A DNA stretch of 24,979 nucleotides from Octopus sinensis (taxonomy: Eukaryota). The notes beneath the pieces are model-generated. The model had not been told where the DNA came from and did not search any database. It saw nothing but the letters and a program-made list of their open reading frames with translations. This document shows positions 21,490 to 24,979 of the stretch, one piece after another. Numbering within the stretch: the first letter of the stretch is position 1; every line of letters begins with the position of its first letter. A program made the translations under genes and the position numbers. The stretch spans positions 1 through 24,979 of the forward strand of contig NW_021836256.1 in NCBI RefSeq assembly GCF_006345805.1. Direction: 5' to 3'.

Positions 21490-23975
21490 ATCAACTACAT
21501 CTAAATAATATAGTTGACACATCATCCATCTTCAGTTCTGTCTCTAATATAATGACCACCACACACAAGTTGATTGTCATTGCTTTTATAAATACCGTTG
21601 TAGTACTTCCCAGCATTGATGGTTTTTAAACGACAGAGATCCTGTTGAAAAGCATCATTTCTTTACAAAAGACAACTATAAAGCATTCCTCTGTCCACCA
21701 ACATATGTTCAGTGGTGGTGGTTGTTTATGTTGCAGCATGTCTCCTGTCATTGTGCTGATTAATGTGACACTTTCTCCAAACATCAATGCACTGACAGTG
21801 TCATCCAACTTAATTGGATTACTGTTCCGGTCCCTGTTCTTCAGATATTCATAATTAACTGGTTCATCGAATGTGGCAATGGAAAGAGGGACCACTGCTG
21901 TTCTATGTGGCAGTCTTCTGCTATTTCATCAGCTGCTGACTTACTTTCCGCTATGTAATTACCACATCTCACCTCTAATCTACCTTTATTTATTCATTAC
22001 TGAATATTTCCTTGTTCGTTTCAGATATAATGGAAGGGAAACGAAGACCAGAATCAAGATTTAATAATGACACAGATTCCAGAATGTTCACTTGGTCCCC
22101 ATCAATCTTTATGCAATGACATTCAATCAATTCAATATGTATACATCAGTAAATACCTGCCACTTTTCTCCATATTACACCATAAGGGATGAGACTTGAC
22201 CAAACTTTATTTTCTCCAAATCTTGTTCCTTCAGTGAAATATTTCTCATCTGTTTGGAAGTGTGACCATTATCCTCTTTCTCCTGTAAAACACACACCAC
22301 CAACTAAACTTCCAACATCTCTATGACATAGCAACTCCCCATCTCTATCAAGTATTTTAACATTCCATTATTGGCTTTTTCACACACGTCTTCTTTCCTT
22401 CCTCAGAGACATCAAAATCTTTTACTTGAACAGGACAGTCGTCTGTTTGTAAACGACAAACAGGGAATCTCTCCCGATTAAGCTGAAACAAACTTCAACA
22501 TACAATTTATTTCTGTGACTTCCAATAAATCTCGGCCCTTTACTGTTTATACAGCTAAAGCCCACTTTACATACACAAATTCTTTCATTTAATATATTTT
22601 GCTGTGGTCACCAGTCTGTATGAAACACACTATGTTGTTAAATATACCGTAGAGATGATATCTTTTCTCATCACTGTTATGTTGCTATGAATACTGATAT
22701 ACTTCATGTAGTGTCTAACTGAATGTAAATACTGACCATCACTACTGAGGAAATTGATGAATTTGTTGTTGCTAACGAGGATGACATCATTAACAGTCAC
22801 TGTAATATTGCATATGCCTTCAACATAATCAATAACCTCACACCACCTCTCATCAATAATGTCTCAGGTATGTCTATTTGCTTCATTATACTCAGTCGAA
22901 TGGATTTCATCAAAATCAATGACATACAAAGTACGTTCATCTCCATCCCAATTATATACTAGTAGACCATCCGACAAACAAGCAATACAATGATATTTAT
23001 TTCTGTCTGCTAAATCACCAATGACAATTGAAATTCAACTTTTAATGTCAACATTTGGTTGTCACCATCACCAGTTGTAATAACCAGTGGGTTTGACTGC
23101 CATCGACACATATTGATGGCAGAGACATTCAGTTTGATAGAATCCAAGAGATGACCATCAAATGTGAATTCTTAATGTGTTTTTTTTTCCTGTCGTATAT
23201 TGCAATCAGGTTGTTTTCAGTAATAACCAAACGAAAAATCTGCACTGGTTGTTTGTCTCGGAAACCTGGAGATCCTGTAGATAGAATTTAGAAGACAACA
23301 TTTCACTGACACAGATGTTTCTATAAAATAGATGTGCCATGTCAATATTAAGCTGATTATTTGTAACGAGATCCTTAACCACCAAATAGTAATCATTTAT
23401 AACAAACATAGGGATGTTGTCTAACAGATAAACATTTTTATCTATACATCCACCTTAGAAATTGTGGGGAGGTTTCATTTGGGACAGTAAAACACTGGAG
23501 ATCATCTTGTGACCCCTATATGATTAGAACCCCACTAACATATATCTGTGGCTGTAGACGGCAGAGATAATCTGGACACAATGTCTCCTTCCTCAGAAAT
23601 GTACAACAAGCAATCATGCTTGATGTCGGACACCACCAACTGTCCATTGGACAGATTACATATTTCGCCAATGACAATTTTTTGGTCATTCTCCTTTTCT
23701 TTGAGTCGTAGATTTAGATTTCTGATATAAGGATTTTTAATGGGTAAACAACAGCCAGACGACCGGTCTTGATACTTGTAAAGAAGAACCCTGCTGAGTT
23801 GAGTGTCCGGGACATAAAGAGTTCCTTGGAAAACAGCAATGTGAGGGTGAACAGGGAAAGGCAGTTCCCACTGCCATTTCATTTCTCCATATAGATCGTA
23901 ACATATGAGAATAGAGTGTCTCCTGAAGAGGACATAGAAATAAACATTATCAGAGTAGATGTGATGAGGGTAGCC
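21490..23975 (-). pseudogene. Decayed multi-repeat beta-propeller (NHL/TRIM-like) coding sequence
   Basis: Frame pieces such as IVIGEICNLSNGQLVVSDIKHDCLLYISEEGDIVSRL, NNLIAIYDRKKK..FDGHLLDSI and ILVSNNKFINFLSSDGQYLHSV resemble NHL-type blades. There are many stops and frameshifts below 23535. Confidence 0.55.
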
Positions 23976-24732
<757 letters not shown>

Positions 24733-24769
24733 TATGTTTCTTCGAAAATCACAATATATATATTTTTTT

Positions 24770-24979
24770 CCTTTTATTTGTTTCAGTCATTTGACTGCGG
24801 CCATGCTGGAGCACTGCCTTTAGTCGGACAAATCGACCCCGAGACTTATTCTTTTTAAGACCAGTACTTATTCTATCGGTCTCTTTTTGCCGAACTGCTA
24901 AGTGACAGGGACGTAAACACGCCAGCATCGGTTGTCAAGCAATGCTAGGGGGACAAACACAGACACACAGACACACACA
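24770..24979 (-). mobile_element. tRNA-SINE 3' half (same family as 1856-2306), running off the window
   Basis: TTTCAGTCATTTGACTGCGGCCATGCTGGAGCAC... aligns with about 1868-2050. Confidence 0.88.

Overview
AT-rich eukaryotic DNA, most likely an octopus or other coleoid cephalopod. This is inferred from the tRNA-SINE family, the long (TA)n tracts and the octopus-style single-exon C2H2 array. The window is almost entirely nested transposable-element debris. It holds a Helitron PIF1-helicase 3' end and non-autonomous Helitrons, tRNA-SINEs, a TG..CA solo-LTR-like unit, CR1-group and RTE LINE pieces, and a mariner fragment. It also holds three different Penelope-like element (PLE) families and, at the right end, a decayed C2H2 zinc-finger array that reads in frame into a decayed beta-propeller-like sequence. 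No intact host gene is evident. The main signals lie outside the ORF track. (1) A 359-nt-period tandem repeat (17288-18000) carries a complete type I hammerhead ribozyme in each unit, antisense to the adjoining PLE ORF. (2) A 3.35-kb head-to-head palindrome of a Neptune-like PLE (12205-15550) has a 12-nt loop, and both ends carry a minimal hammerhead with a compensatory U3-A8 core. (3) Several further hammerhead-like remnants occur near the PLE pieces. All ribozyme calls were read by eye and none was tested computationally. Many frameshifts in the young elements are 1-bp indels that may be assembly errors.
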